From Girardia tigrina (lineage: Eukaryota), in NCBI GenBank assembly GCA_001938485.1, contig MQRK01228157.1, positions 1 to 58,394 of the forward strand: a stretch of 58,394 bases of DNA, in the 5' to 3' direction. This document shows positions 13,195-28,000 of this stretch, in pieces. The notes under the pieces are model-generated. The model searched no databases. It saw only the letters and a program-made list of their open reading frames with translations, and had not been told where the DNA came from. Both the position numbers and the translations under genes were made by a program. Position 1 is the first letter of the stretch, and each line of letters begins with the position of its first letter.

Positions 13195-13640
13195 AGCAAT
13201 GATTCAAAACACAATCTTGACGCACTCCTTTATCCATGTTGAAGGTTGCATCACATATAGAACTTTCAAATCCCTCATGGAAAGCATTGATGATCTCTAA
13301 CATTCTCCCTTTATCCCTAGTCTCTTTAAATAGCTCCAGAGAGACTCCCGGGTGACACTGTCGAATGTCTTCTCCAAGTCGATAAAGATGACATACATAT
13401 TAATGTTCTTGTATCGCGCTTCCTCCTGCAATTTCCTCAAGAAATAGCCAACTGAGTTCCTCTTCCCGGCCGGAATCCATACTGCCACTCGTCCAGTATC
13501 GCTTCGGTGATCGGAGTAATTCGGTTCGCGATGATTCTGGCTAGAATCGTTCCTCCTACATCTAAAAGAAAAATGCCTCGGTAGTTATTTGAATCTTTTC
13601 GAGAGCCTTTCCCTTTGAAAAGAACCACCAATAATTGTGA
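13195..13640 (-). mobile_element. Non-LTR (RTE-like) reverse transcriptase fragment
   Basis: LFKGKGSRKDSNNYRGIFLL, QYGFRPGRGT and FIDLEKTFDSV motifs with one frameshift. Confidence 0.9.
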
Positions 13641-15402
13641 CGATTTTGGAAGTCTCATTTATATTTTTGACTTAAAGATAAAAACATTTAAAATTAATAT
13701 TAAATTATAAAAGTGAAAAATAGAAATTTATTGTAAAGTACGTGAAGACGATTAAGTTTCATAATAATAATATTTAATTATAAATGTTTTAGATAAAATT
13801 TTAAATAATGAAACTTGTAATTAAATAGATTAAAAACAAAACTAATTAAATTTAAAATAATAAAATTAGCAAATAAAATAGATTTGGACACGAATTAAAT
13901 ATGAGCTAAAAAATAGTTTAACAAAATTTAATAAACTTTAAAAAGTAAATACAATATGAAGAAAAATAAATATCATAATAAATATTAAATTTTAACGAAG
14001 TTTAATAAAATGTTTATTCAAAAGAAAATACAATATTTAAAAAATATCTATTGTATTAAATACAGAATTAATATATAAAAATTTGAAAATAGTTTATGTT
14101 TATAATTTAATGATTTATGTTTTAAATTAAAAAAATAATATAATACAAAATTTAGAAAATAATTAATTTATATACATTTATATTTACAATTATTTTGATA
14201 TTATTGGTTTGTGCAAGAAAAATTAAAAATCATTCTACAGAAATTTACTTATGGAAAGATTGGTTAAATAATATGTCTATTGTTGTTATTACAGAAGAGT
14301 TTTAAAAATGTCTTTTTTGAAATTTCATCATAACACAACCACGAACATAATTGTAATTTAAACGCGTTCACATTTATCTATCCTGGTTTTGTTAGTGTGA
14401 ATTCTATCTAGTATCGGTATAAAATTGTTTTTCTATTGGTCTATTGTGGTACATATTATTATGTAAACCTTCCTTAGAATTTCCAATGTGTCGCATGTAC
14501 CTGGAAAGGTTGAGGAAAGATTCCATATTCTATGAATTAAACCCTTCACAATACTACGCTAAATATTAAACATCTTTAAATAAAATTAATAAAATAAATA
14601 AAATAGTAACCGATAAAATTGAACTTAAAATTTTTTTTATTGTTACTATTTATATTAAAAAAATTTAATTAATTAAACAAAAACACAAATAATAATAAAA
14701 CAAATAAATGACAACACAAATAAAGTAACGGAAGATGATCAAAACATGTTTAAGGTTGATTTTTAAAAAATATACTTTAACAAATATATATATTGCAATT
14801 GAAAAATAATGTAATTTTATGACAGTTTATTTCTGTTAATTTATGTTCCCTTTTGATTTATATAATAAATTGTCGGCGGGATTCAATGATAATTCTGGAA
14901 AATGAATTGAAAGTTCATTCAGGAATTTTTTATTTTGTTGATCGTAATTGTAAAAGTCGGACTATTTATTTTAATTTTTCAGTGAAACAAATTCTGAAGG
15001 AAAAAAACTTTCCTCGAATAAGATAATTTAATGACATATTGTAAAAACATATAGAAACATTTTTCTAATTATTTATTTTTTCGATAATTCCAGTACCTAA
15101 AATAGTTGATTGTGAGCTTATATTTTGTGGAATAATTGAAGCAGAAGATTTTTAATTTCTGTGACAGAATATTTTAATTGAGAACGAATTAAATGCGAAA
15201 TAATTTACTAGTTTTAAATATTTTTTATAAAAATAATTATAAAGTGAAATCTTAAATAATTTGAAATATTATTCTTTCATATACTATTAATAAGGGAAAT
15301 ATTATTTTTAGTCCGAGATCGAACGTTTTCTTAATGTTTGAGGTCTTTCTGCTATTTTGTATAAATAATGTCACATTTTTTATATTCATTGTATTTTTCA
15401 TA

Positions 15403-17565
15403 CAGTAGAAACCGCCTAATAGGCCAAATTATGTAGGACCGAATCATTTCCTATGTAAATAATGTAAAATTAGTCGTTTTAGAGGACCGAAAAAGTCGGT
15501 TAATAGGACCAATCAGTACATCAACAACAGCCAAATATTTCTTTAATTAATAATTTTTTAATAGTTAATACTTTTTATTTAAAAATAAAATTTGTTTAAA
15601 TCTACTCAATACTTAGTGGATTGATATTTCAAATTTAGATAAGGGTAAGTCGGATAATTATGTTAAAAAAACTTAATTTTTTAAATTAAGATAAACATCA
15701 CCACAAAAAAACTGAATTTTTATCATTTGTAACCTAGTGTCTTTTTTGTTGCTGCTGAACTGTACTAAGTGATCTATTTTATCCAAATGCCTCAGACGGA
15801 CCGTTTCACAGAAAGATAAACTCTCTATTCACAAAATGGATGAGTTTCCAAAATTTAGCCAACGTCAATTAGCATCTGCCTTAAATGTATTTAAGTCAAA
15901 AATTCTTCGATTGCAACAACAACGTCAAGAAATAGAAGGAACAGCTGGTGGACCTCAGAGAAAGCGTTGGCGAGAATCTAAAGACGCTGAAGCGGATGAA
16001 GCTCTTTTGCATTGGTTTCGGGAGGACAGATATTGGGACATTTCGATCTCTAGATCATTACTGCTTACAAAGCGAAAGGCCTGGCTGATCGAATGGGAAA
16101 AGCCGATTTCAAACCAACTGATGGATGGCTCAGTAGATGGAAAAACCGCAATGGCATCTGCTATAAAGTTACCCATAGTGAAAAGAAAGACGTTGATGTT
16201 GCATAAGCCACATCATGGGTCAACAATATTATCCTTCAAATTCTTAATTCAATTGCTCCAGAAGACGTTTATAATGTTGATGAAACAGACATTTACTACA
16301 CGGCCACGCCAGATGGAACCCTCACTTTACATTTTGAAGCACTGACTGGATCAAAAAAGGCAATGGATCCTATCACAGTTCTTTTGTGCGCCAACATAAC
16401 TGGATCTGATCGTCGCCCTTTACTTGTCATTGGTAAGAGGAAAAACTCGAGTTGCATTAAAAGCGTCAACCAACTTCCCGTGAAACATAAACATAATCAA
16501 AATGCATGGATGACCTAAATGATATTCAGTGAGTTGCTGATAAACTGGGATTCGCAGCTTCACAGAGAGAAACGAAAGGTGCTTCTATTCCTTGATAAAT
16601 GTTCAGCTCATCCAAATGTTGAGAATTGTTCAAACATTAAGCTGCGCTTTCTCTTGTCGAACACAACTTATATTATCCGACCGGTGGATCAAGGGATCAT
16701 CAAGAATTTGAAAACAATTTACCGCAGGCTCGTTCTTCAGAAAATTGTTTGAGAGTTCGATGCGGCTCCAACGGAAAACTTCAATGCAATTGCTCTGTCG
16801 CGAAAACTAAACTTCTTGACAGCACTGCAGATGCTTGTGTGAAATGATTGCAAATTGCTTTGCAAAAGCTGGATTCACTTTTTGCAAAGAATCATCTGAT
16901 GATGGACCTCTCCTTAGTGAACTCCTCAATGAGTTCAACGGCATTGACATTGGAATAGCTAGCCAGGAATTAGTAAGCTATTGTGATGTCGATGCGAATC
17001 TTCAGTGTCGAACACCTGTCATGGTAGAAGAAATAGATCAAGGAATTATTCAAAATCAACTTACTGAACATGAAGTCTTCGATATTAACGAAAGTAGTGA
17101 CTCAGAAGAAGAAACGCCGCACTTTTCCGTTAACGAAGCATTACAATGTGTTCAGAAGTTGAAACTTTTCTTTGCTCAGAACAGAGGTAACGCTGGAACC
17201 AATGGTGCTCTGGAGCTGGTGCATCAGTCTGTGTCTCAAGTAGCCAGCAATAAAAGAAAACAATTAAAGTTGACTGACTTCTTCCAAACAACTGAGTAGC
17301 TGAGTTTCGCTGGTGCTGAAACCCATTTTTGATATTGTTTAAAATAAATTTTATTCATTTTTTCTAGTTTTCTAATTGAAAATGTTTTTTTAATTTTTCA
17401 TGTGGCTTCAAGTAATAATGGATTAATATGTGATTACATTTAGCATTTCCAAAGTTTTAAGAAAGAAATTGTTAAAAATAAAAGCACTTCGCTTTAAGGG
17501 ACCATTCGGTTAATGGGACCAGTTTTACTTGGGACAAATGTGGTTCTATTAAGCGGCTTACACTG
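15403..17565 (+). mobile_element. Tigger/pogo (CENP-B-like DDE) transposon, full length but decayed
   Basis: TIRs TA|CAGTAGAAACCGCCTAATAG ... CTATTAAGCGGCTTACACTG. Motifs EADEALLHWF, YNVDET, NQNAWMT, LLFLDKCSAH, RPVDQGIIKNLK and KQLKLTDFF, with stops and frameshifts. Confidence 0.92.
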
Positions 17566-17819
17566 TGTTAATTATAGACAGAACTGAATAAATTTTACTG
17601 TCATGTTAGAATTCATTTATTCTTTATTGAGTTATTTGGAATCAAGACTAATTAGGTATTCATATATTCCAATTTCTTGCAGCCTTCGCTAGATTAAATA
17701 TAATATACAATTAGAATATATAATATAAATTAAAATACAATACAATATAAAATATAATTCTGAAAATAAATTTTACTATATTAATAAATTTTTATTATAT
17801 TCTACTTTGGTTGAAACAG

Positions 17820-20800
17820 TTTCCAGGAGTTCACGAGTAATTCTGATGTCGTCGAAGTACCTATATTGTATAGAATAAGCGTTGCCAATGATCTGGTTTA
17901 TAACGACAAGTATAACGAGGAGACCGCCGCCACAGTAATAATATTTTTTTAACTATATAATTATTATTTTACATATTTATTGTGTAGTCTACAATAAGGA
18001 TATTTTTGTTGTTATTATTTTCTGAATCTAATCAAGCCTTAGCCTTATTTACAACAGAAATTTTATCTCGAAATTTATTAGAATTAATTTTAAATATAAT
18101 GTGCTTGTATAATATGCTTTTTAAATAATATGCTTGTTATTGTATACGATTTGAATTTCAATTCCGATTTCCTTGTAATACATTTCTTTCTTATTAATCT
18201 GAGATGATTCTAAATAATTGCAAAAATTAAAAAAAACGTGTATGAAAGTTTTCTGGAGAATTGTCCGTGAGGAGATTCGAATTTAAATATCAATAAAAGA
18301 ATGGGAAATCATATTAGTATTCTTAATACCATGAATGATACTTTTAATCAAAAATTAACCAGATTATTTAGAGATCAATTTAGTTCATTTCAAGATTGTC
18401 TTCCAAATGTTACTGACCACAACTTTACTATTTAATGCTCATGAAACAGTTTTTGTTCTTTTGTCTCAAATGTTCTATTTGTGGGTTCGATCTAAATTGC
18501 ATCAAAAAATATGTGAAGATTTCTTAGAAAATTTCAATATTTTATATTTTTCTGCAATTTTTAAATAAAAGTTTTAATAAATAAAAAATCTTAAAAAGTC
18601 AACTAACGTTTTCAGAATTTTTAAATATACATTTTGAATTATATTCATAGTTCAGTTTGGCTTTTGTCTTCTAGAACTTGCTTCATCTTGAATTGATAAA
18701 CAAACACAGTTCAATTATATGTAGTAAATCTGCATGGGGCGGAATCAAGTTGCTACTGATGATTTAAAGGAAATGTTTATATCGGCGTGACGTTGTTCTT
18801 ACTAAATCATATTACAGTCCGACCTCGCTTTTGGGGAAACCTCGAAAATGGGGAAATATTATAATTTATACCAAAATAACGTTACAGTCCGACCTCGCTT
18901 TTGGGGAAACCAATGAATGTAGTTTTTATTAAACATAATTTGAATTTCGAGTCTGAATGGATGGAGTGGATATATATTTTGGTATAAATTGTAATATTTC
19001 CCCATTTTCGAGGTTTCCCCAAAAGCGAGGTCGGACTGTATTACAAAAAACTATCCAAGGAATATTGTCAAAATTATTTTATAAATCAAAAAGTTTTAAT
19101 AACGCTCATCAACGGGATATTATTTTTAAACTCAAAGCATTATCTAACGCTTTCAAAATAGAATTTTTAAATATTTTCACCCTTTGAATATGTTCTAACT
19201 GTACCATATTCAGAGGGGTTTAAAATATTCGAAAATTATATTTTGAAAGCGTTAGATAATGCTTTGAGTTTAAAAGTAATATCCCGTATTCAAAAACGCC
19301 GTTAAAATTGTTTTTCGATCCCATTTACCAATATGTAGTGGGTGTAACATACTTTGGAGAGACTTCACGTCATCTTGGTAAAATAATTCAGAAACACGGT
19401 CGTAATGAAGGTGAAAGTAATATTGTAGGACATAGAAAACATTGTAAAGAAGATATAACTTCACAACTCTTCAAAATTCTGTGCACTCAATTTAAAAATT
19501 ATTGGAAGAGAGTGACATGTGAAGCGTTATATATAAGATCTTGTGATCCTAAAATTAACCTTCGAACTGCATTCTCTACAACTTTGTTGGGAGTTTTTAA
19601 ATGATATACTGATGACGTATTGATTGCATAACCATTAATTGCACTATATAAGTAAATTTCGTTTGAAAAATCATTTGTTCTGACGATGACGGTTAAACCG
19701 TCGAAATTTATAAATTTTGATTGGCTTGAAAATTAATTGTTTTAATCATTACAAATTTTGACGAATTTTTGGAAATTCAATAGAAGCAGCAAGTCATGCC
19801 AAGACGCTGATTACCGATCATTTTATTGTTAATAAATAATATGATATTCTATTAATATTCTTAATAGTATAATTGTTTGTATTTTTTCTGAAAATGAAGT
19901 TTGAATTATTATAACTTTTAATTATCATTTAGTATTTTGTAAGTATTTAATTTCCAGGGGAAGCAGCTATCAATTGCAGCTGGGCAGATCGACACGTTAA
20001 TCGCCCATGCCTGTTCCATTGGTATCAACTCCACTCCAGACTGTAAGTCCATATCTTAAATATTCATCTGTTTGTATAACAAAAACATGAATTATTTGAA
20101 GAATAATGATTATTCTTTATTCTAGATCATCTTTTTCACAAAGCTTTTGTTGTGACATATCCTCTCTTTATAAAAACAGATGACCTTTTAAATAAATTGA
20201 TAAAACGGTATTTGTTTTTCCATGAAAATGAACCAGAGGAAAAAGAGTTAATTGAAAATAATATCGAAACCTCTCCAGATTATGTTCAAAGAGAACTTTT
20301 ATCTGCTGTTATTAACTTAATGGTTCAGATAGTTAGTTTTATTTGTATTTATTTAGCAACTTTTATCAATAATAATTGTTTTATAATGCCATTCTTTCTG
20401 AAATTAGTTAGACAAAATTAATAAAATCGTTTATCAAAACATTATTTCAAGTTCACTTGTTAATTGAAAAAATGATTTTATGTTTTCAGAGAATAAAAAT
20501 TTGAGAAACAGTTTCTAGAAAGGCTTTCTATACAGTTAACTATTTTAGAATTTTTTAAACGGAATCGGAATTCAAATATCGTTCTTACAAATTCTTTAAA
20601 GGAAAACGCTTTTTCGACTGCTCCAGAGCTGGGACTCCATCATCTGTCATTCCATTGCCTTCATTTTATTTTTTTAAACAATCGAGGTCCGAAACATCGT
20701 CGATTCATATCATGACCAGTACCAAAATGGTAATCAGCTCTTCATCTTCATTGTTGGGACAAGTCCATCACAGTGAAACTGCATTCGAAAATTTTATTGA

Positions 20801-22000
20801 AATTTAAACTTTTGTTTCATAAGTTCATCTTATTATAAACACTATTATATTTCCGAAATATTCAATGTCAATGAAAGTTTCAAACGTTGGTTTAACCGTG
20901 ATGAACATGTCATACCCGTGAAATACGTGTATTTCTGAAATGATGAGATACAGACTTTTTTAGTACTTGTCCCGGCTAGAACCGACGAAGTTTTAAATCG
21001 ATTTTCTTGGAATATCAAATGAAAATAAGAGAACAGAACGACAGATAAAAGTGTATATTACGATGGAAGTACTGCTTAAGAGTACATGATATGGAAATGC
21101 TCATTCGATTTCAAACGAGAACCGAGTTCTATTTCTATTACCAAAATATTCAAAAAGTACAAAATCGAATATTATTTTTCTAAAATCATTGAGTAGCGTT
21201 GAAATGACTATTGAATATTGTATTGTTATCAAGACATCGCAAGATGTATGGGTATAGTTCCCAAGCTTTTCACCTTACCCAGCTTATCCTCTATAATTTT
21301 TAATATTTATTAATTTCCAGAAAATTCAAGGTTGAATTGAGATAAAATTTTGATTTCCTGGTGGACGAAGACAAATTTTATCTTTCAGATAATTGGCATT
21401 TGCAAATCGAAAGATAGATCTTGTACTTTTCTTTTTGACTTCTAAAACTGAATCGCTTAAAATTGTATAAATATAATATTAAAAAAAGTTACTGAAATTA
21501 TACAGACATTAAATTTAATTTTATATTTTGATATATAAAATAATACACTTTGTCTTACCCAATTGAAATATTTATTTATTCAAGGATTAATTTATTGGAA
21601 TTGTTATTTTATTGTAATATGTGATATAAGAATGAATGGTTAATGTAGTCGTTGACGGTTAATGCGAGTGTGAATAACGATACCATCCGATGAAACTCTA
21701 TGATTAATTGCATCTTATTCATTCTTTTTATTATTGTGAGAATTGTTCTATGTGATTATCATTGACGATTTCAAGTAATAAATTATCTATTTAGTAATTT
21801 AATTAATCATTTTATACGATTTTCAATAGCTTTCAACATAATTTCTTTTCATTAAACAATTATTATTATTAATTTTTATCTTTATTATTTATTTTAAAGT
21901 TCAATAATAAATTTTTAATATTAGTAAACATAAAAATATCTAATTGGTTTTAGATAAAAATACTAATAATCCTCAGTTCCGGAGCCTTTAAATTAACTAA

Positions 22001-22035
<35 letters not shown>

Positions 22036-25000
22036 GAATAAATTGATTATATTATTATTTCTATGAAAAGAAAAAGGATATTGGATTATAGCTTTTGTGT
22101 TATTTTTAAACTAGATTTTTATTTATGTCTTAAATACGATTTTCTGTATGTATAACATATTTAATTTCAAAAAATAAATAAAATAATAAACAAGCATATG
22201 AATTATTTTATGGAGTATCCCTGCAAAAAATAATCCTTCAAAGTAAAGTAATTTAAAGTAACAAGGATCAATCCTATGGACAAAATAACAACTCTTATTA
22301 CTGCACGTTCATTCCTTAATCAAAATAAACTGTAAAAGGATGAGAAGATTTATTATCAAAACGGAATTAATAAAATAAATAAAGAAGAAATTAGTCCGCA
22401 GAAATAACTTTTTGAACAACTGTTCTTGTAAATCAAAACATCCAAGATACTAAAAGATAAAAAGGAACTTGATATTGTTTTTCCCTGGCTGTGGTGCTGT
22501 TTATTGAACTAGTTTTTATTTTATTATAAACATTTTGTAATGTCAATTCGGAAGAGAATTAACTCCAACAAATTGCTAGTAATGCGAACTTTTTATATCA
22601 TATCCCGTATTTCGTTTTATCTGAGAAAGGGAACTTTATTCGTTTCTGCATTTTAAAATTGTATAAATATAATATTAAAAAAAGTTACTTACTGAAATTA
22701 TATAGACATTAAATTAAATTTTATATTTTGATATATAATAAATACACTTTGTCTTACCCAATTGAAATATTTATTTATTCAAGGATTAATTTATTGTATT
22801 CCTATTTATAAACAAATGTTACTCTTGCAATTCGAAATCAAATTGTTATTCAAAATTTTTAAAGACTCGAATCGTTTTTATTTTTTCAATTTTTAATATC
22901 GCTGTTATCTTCTTTCGGAACGGCCGAATACTCCATAATAAAAATTAAGAAATAACTTTTTAGTAAAAATTTATTTTAATAAACAATTTGCCACTTTTTT
23001 TGAATTTTTTCCAAACTCTGAATATTAAAACAATTTCTTTATTTTAATATGATTCAGTTATTTTTTGGAGGAATCAATTTATTTAAATTACCAACCATAT
23101 ATAGTACAAATATTTATATACATAAAAGTAGTTTAATTATTTAATTATTTAACTTAATTATTATGATAAAATTTTCTTAAAGAATTTTACATTATTATTA
23201 TTCATTTAAATTAATTTACTACATTAAAAATTTTAGCTTCAAATTTAATCCCTAACAATCGCAATCGTTGATTTTTTTCTCTTGATTACTGTTATATGCA
23301 CGTAATTAAATGTAGATATTTAATTATATTATTAAGAACACCAATATGAGTTTTCGAACATTTATTTCCAATACAAATTGAATTGCCCTGTAAATAACTC
23401 TCAGCAAAGCTTTCAGAATTTGACATCGTTCTTAATTGATTTACTTTTGTTAATGTTTTTTAATAAACAACTATTGGAAAAAAATTTCATTATTTTCAGA
23501 TTTTATAATTTTAGTAATAATTTTATCTACATTTTAATTTTATTTTAAAAATGATTTTAATTAATGAAAAAACATTTATTTAATTAATTTAAAAATTAGT
23601 TAAAAGTTATTTACTTTACTTAAATTTTTAATATTAAAATTTGAAACGATTTAATATTTTTAAAGTTTTATGCTGTACTTTAAAATGCAAATTATACTCG
23701 AATAATTATTCATCGTGAACATCCAAAATATCAATTTTCCACCTGGGTGAGAGAAACACATTTCCAAATACTAAATTCAACATAAAAAATTCAACATACC
23801 AATTTCAACATACCAAACTTAAAATATTCCTCACATATATAAAATAAATTAAATAATTAAAACAAAAAATAACATTATTATTATCTTCAATTCAAATTCA
23901 GACAAAAAGTTCTTTGTCTGTATTTGAGGATTGATTGAGTATGCAAGTTGAGTGCTCTAGAATTTTGGTGGCGTGATTGTACGAATTTGTGTGCCGAATA
24001 AGTTACAGTTATTGACTGAAATGGTCGAAAATATCGAATGACTAGCTCTGATTGTCGAGTGGTCATCCATTTCATTAATTAAATGATTATTTGTTTTGAA
24101 AAGTTGAAATATTTTGTGACTGATTATTGTTTTGTTAAAAGTCGAAAAGTTTTTTGCCACTGTTTATTTTTTTAAAGGATAATTAAAAATCGATTTCTTA
24201 ATTTTTTACTGATTTATAAAGTTTTTCTTGTTAACTGATTTATTACTGAAACACTTTTGTCATGATTTCATTGTTTTGTGAGATGAATTTTATCAAATAT
24301 CAAATTATTGAAAATTCGAGATTTCCTTTTCTTTATTACTGTTTTGGTATCCGAACATAGAATATTTTTTAAAGAAATAATTTGAGAAAGAATTTTGTAC
24401 GTATTAAAATAAGTCAAACAAAAATGAACTCAAAATTATTTCAAAAATGGGACTAGCACCGTCATGACTTTGCTACCACCGGAAAGTCTCTGAGGTAACC
24501 TTTGGATTGCTGAAGCAATATTAGATTACAAGTTAGATATTAGTTAAAACTTTGCTTCTCTTCCAATTTTCTTGTAATTGTGATCCAAATGTTCAGCATC
24601 CTTTTCATTTATTTCTTTACCCTTACTATTGATTAAGTTTTGATAAATTGTATAAAGTTAAAAGTAATATGTTAATTTATTTTTCTATAAAAGTACAAAT
24701 AATAAAGACAAACGTGTCGGCTAAAACGTACTTCATAATGTTTTGTTTTTTATTATATCATTTGAATTGCCACTTACAGCTTTTATCTAATATTTGCCAC
24801 TGTTGATACTTTTGGTCATCTTTAATACATTTAATACATAGTCAATACAAATCCATATTAAGATTATTTCTTAGATTATAAATCCATGTTTGTTCCATCA
24901 AACACATAGCATTACTTTCTTGCAGTAAACGTCTATTATTATTTCTTTCAGTGATACATCTAGCGAAACGTTTCGCGAATTCTTTTCACGGTTTTGAAGG

Positions 25001-28000
25001 GTTCACGATTCATTTCAAGTCACAAGATTATTCAATAACGGGATTCTCACGGCAGCCAACTAGTAGAAATTTTGTTGTTTTCAGACAGCTTCTGATTGAT
25101 CCAAAAAAGCTATTTTCCATGCCTTGCCGAGAATTTTAGGAAGACGAATGATCATCAAACTGTTCATATTGAGGTCTTCGACCAACTTTCTCATAAAATA
25201 AACCTCTGCCATATATTGGTTCAGATCACAAAATAACTGTTGTATTCCAACCTGATGTGATATTCTCAAATTGGTAGATCTTATGGCGAATACGAATATG
25301 TTTATCGATATACATTTTCAAGTGCAATAATTATATACAAATCTTATATGTTTATGAGACGTTGATCCTTGTTTGATCCCAGATTGAATAAAACATAAAA
25401 TAGACAATCAGATTTTATTACCGACAATTGTAATTTTGTAACACAAAATATAACGTGATCATTTTTAATTTAGATCAAAAGAAAGTATCGAAATGATCAC
25501 TAAGACTTGTAAAAATATCAATAATGATTTTGCTTCAATTAAACTGAAATTAAGTCGTTTTATATACAAAATTATAATAAATTTTATGTATCTTTTTTTA
25601 ATCTGCGTGAAAGCCAAGATGCATATTCAAGTTATTATCAAATAGACGTCTCAGAATATAAATAAATTAATTAATGCTTAATAGTTAATCAATTGCAATT
25701 ATAAATATTTAATTATATTATGATTTAATTCTTCATATTTTTTCGGTTTTTAAATAGATGTTTTTCTAATAAATGTAACGCGTTTGTCGGAAAAAGAAGA
25801 CCTGAGATCTCCTGGCCAAGACGTTTGGGGTCGCAATAAAGTAACTTGAAAACATTTCAAAAATGTTATATCTTTTACTCAATTTTTGGTCCGATTCTAA
25901 ATTTCATCTAAATAAATAAAATAATTATTGACAATTTATTTTTATGTTAATAAGAAGGCCTAATTAAATAAATAATGTTACTTATTGTCATTAAAAAAGT
26001 TTATAAAGGTCAAATATGATGGTCGTCAATTACTTTTGATCGCAAAATTTACATTGTTTTGAATCATCAACATTCATCTAAGAAAATATTTGATTTAAAA
26101 AAACATTTCCTGATTTTAAAATAGAAGAAAAGTTTTATAAATCAAGAAGTATTATAATTTCTCTATATTTTTTCATAATTCTTCTAATTTAAATAATTAA
26201 TTAGCTTGTTTTTTTAATGTTTAAGCTAACGTCTCTAATTTTTGATTAGATATATCACTGGAGTCGGCCGATGGAGGACAGCACTCAGCGTATCTTGTCG
26301 ACATTCTGTGACAACCTGAACAAGTTCAGCTGCATCAAACACAGTCTTCTTCTGGAGTCTGCCCTGAGAGACTTGAGTAATCGCATCGCAATTAAAACTA
26401 AGAGGAATACTTTGATATCTTTACCAAAAATTGATGTCACAAATAATGTTATTTACAAGTAAAGTTTTTATGTATATACATTCCTTTTTTCTAATTGTTT
26501 TTAAAAGATTTTACATTATGTCATTTATATAATGTTTGTTATATATTTATTCTTCAGTAATGACCTTTTTAAATTAACGTTTAGATTTTCAGATTTACGG
26601 TTTAAATAATGTTTTATCATTTTAAGGACCACATTTTCGGGATCAAATACAATCCGGAGGTATGAGTTAAATGGAATAATTGGGATAAAATATCTCCTAA
26701 ATATATTAATTTTAAATTACCTGAATTTTAGAGAGTTATGTATTGCTAGGTCTATCTTTATTTTACGTCCTTGAATCCATCCAGTTCATAAATTAAATAA
26801 ATTTCTTCAGCTAAACAGTAACTGAACATTACAGCTCGACTAGAATACGGGTTATTAAACACATTTTCATACATGAAAACTTTCATTGCTCTATTGTTAT
26901 AATATCTTCTTGACAATTTGGACAAGATAAGGGTGTGGTATGTATGAAGGTAACGTTCTATAGAGAAGTTGTTTAGACAATCTTTTGTCTTTCTTTATTA
27001 TTACTTTCATATATAAACTAGAGAAATGATTTTAGAGGTTCATTACCAAGGATTTTAGAGAACAAGAGCACATTTATTTCGGTTTCACTGTTTATAAATT
27101 TGTACTTGATATACAATCAAATTGTAGGGATAATTATCAATACTTCATCTAATTAAAAGAAAAGAAGTAAGGATAGTGAAGCTTTTCCATATTATGGCGT
27201 CAGAGATTCTTAAAATAACCCTCTATTTGATTAGGTAAAGTAATGGGATTTGGAGTATCTTATTAAAAAATATTTTAATAATAATGATAAGATTTAACAA
27301 AATATAAGTAAAAAAAATAAATAATTAGATTGTGAAAATTATTTACTAAATTCAAAACGTTAAATTTTAACTTTAAAGGTGAAAGATTATTGATGACATT
27401 GAAAAAAATATGAATGAAAACTATTACGAGGTACTTTTTAGTTCTAATAACCAAGTAGTAAGTAAATTATCTCTACATTGTCGTCAAGGTTTTAATCCTA
27501 GACTCTTCAGACTCAGTACCATCCAGATACTGCAAGGTTAAATAAGGCTTATCTAAGGGATAAAACTTAGTATTTCCACATTTTTCTATTGGTAGATTCC
27601 TTTTTATGTCATATGAGAAAAATTCCGTTTTTTCGTTGGTTTAAAACAAATGTAAGGTCATTTTAAGAAGGATGACAATCATGTGGTGCTTTCAATAAAT
27701 ACCCAACTTAATAAAAAAATGAATTCCGTAAAAGGTATTTTTATAACACAGCAAGCTTAACGTATGTGGGCATCATTTTTCAATATAATGTCTATTTTGT
27801 TCCACACACTTCCGTCAAAAAATAATCAACTCAAAAAAAAGCCTTTTTGAAAATTTCTGGGGATTTTCCGGGGAAATATTTCTCTACAGCGACCTTCAAA
27901 TCGTCTTTAGATCAAAACTAGACGCCTTTCAAATGCTTTTTTTTAAGTGTCTGGAAAATTGAAAATCGCTCGGAGCCAAATCTAGGCTGTACAACGGATA

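Noticed and set aside
19608-19620. CTGATGA hammerhead-like heptamer
   Set aside because: No stem II or GAAA follows.
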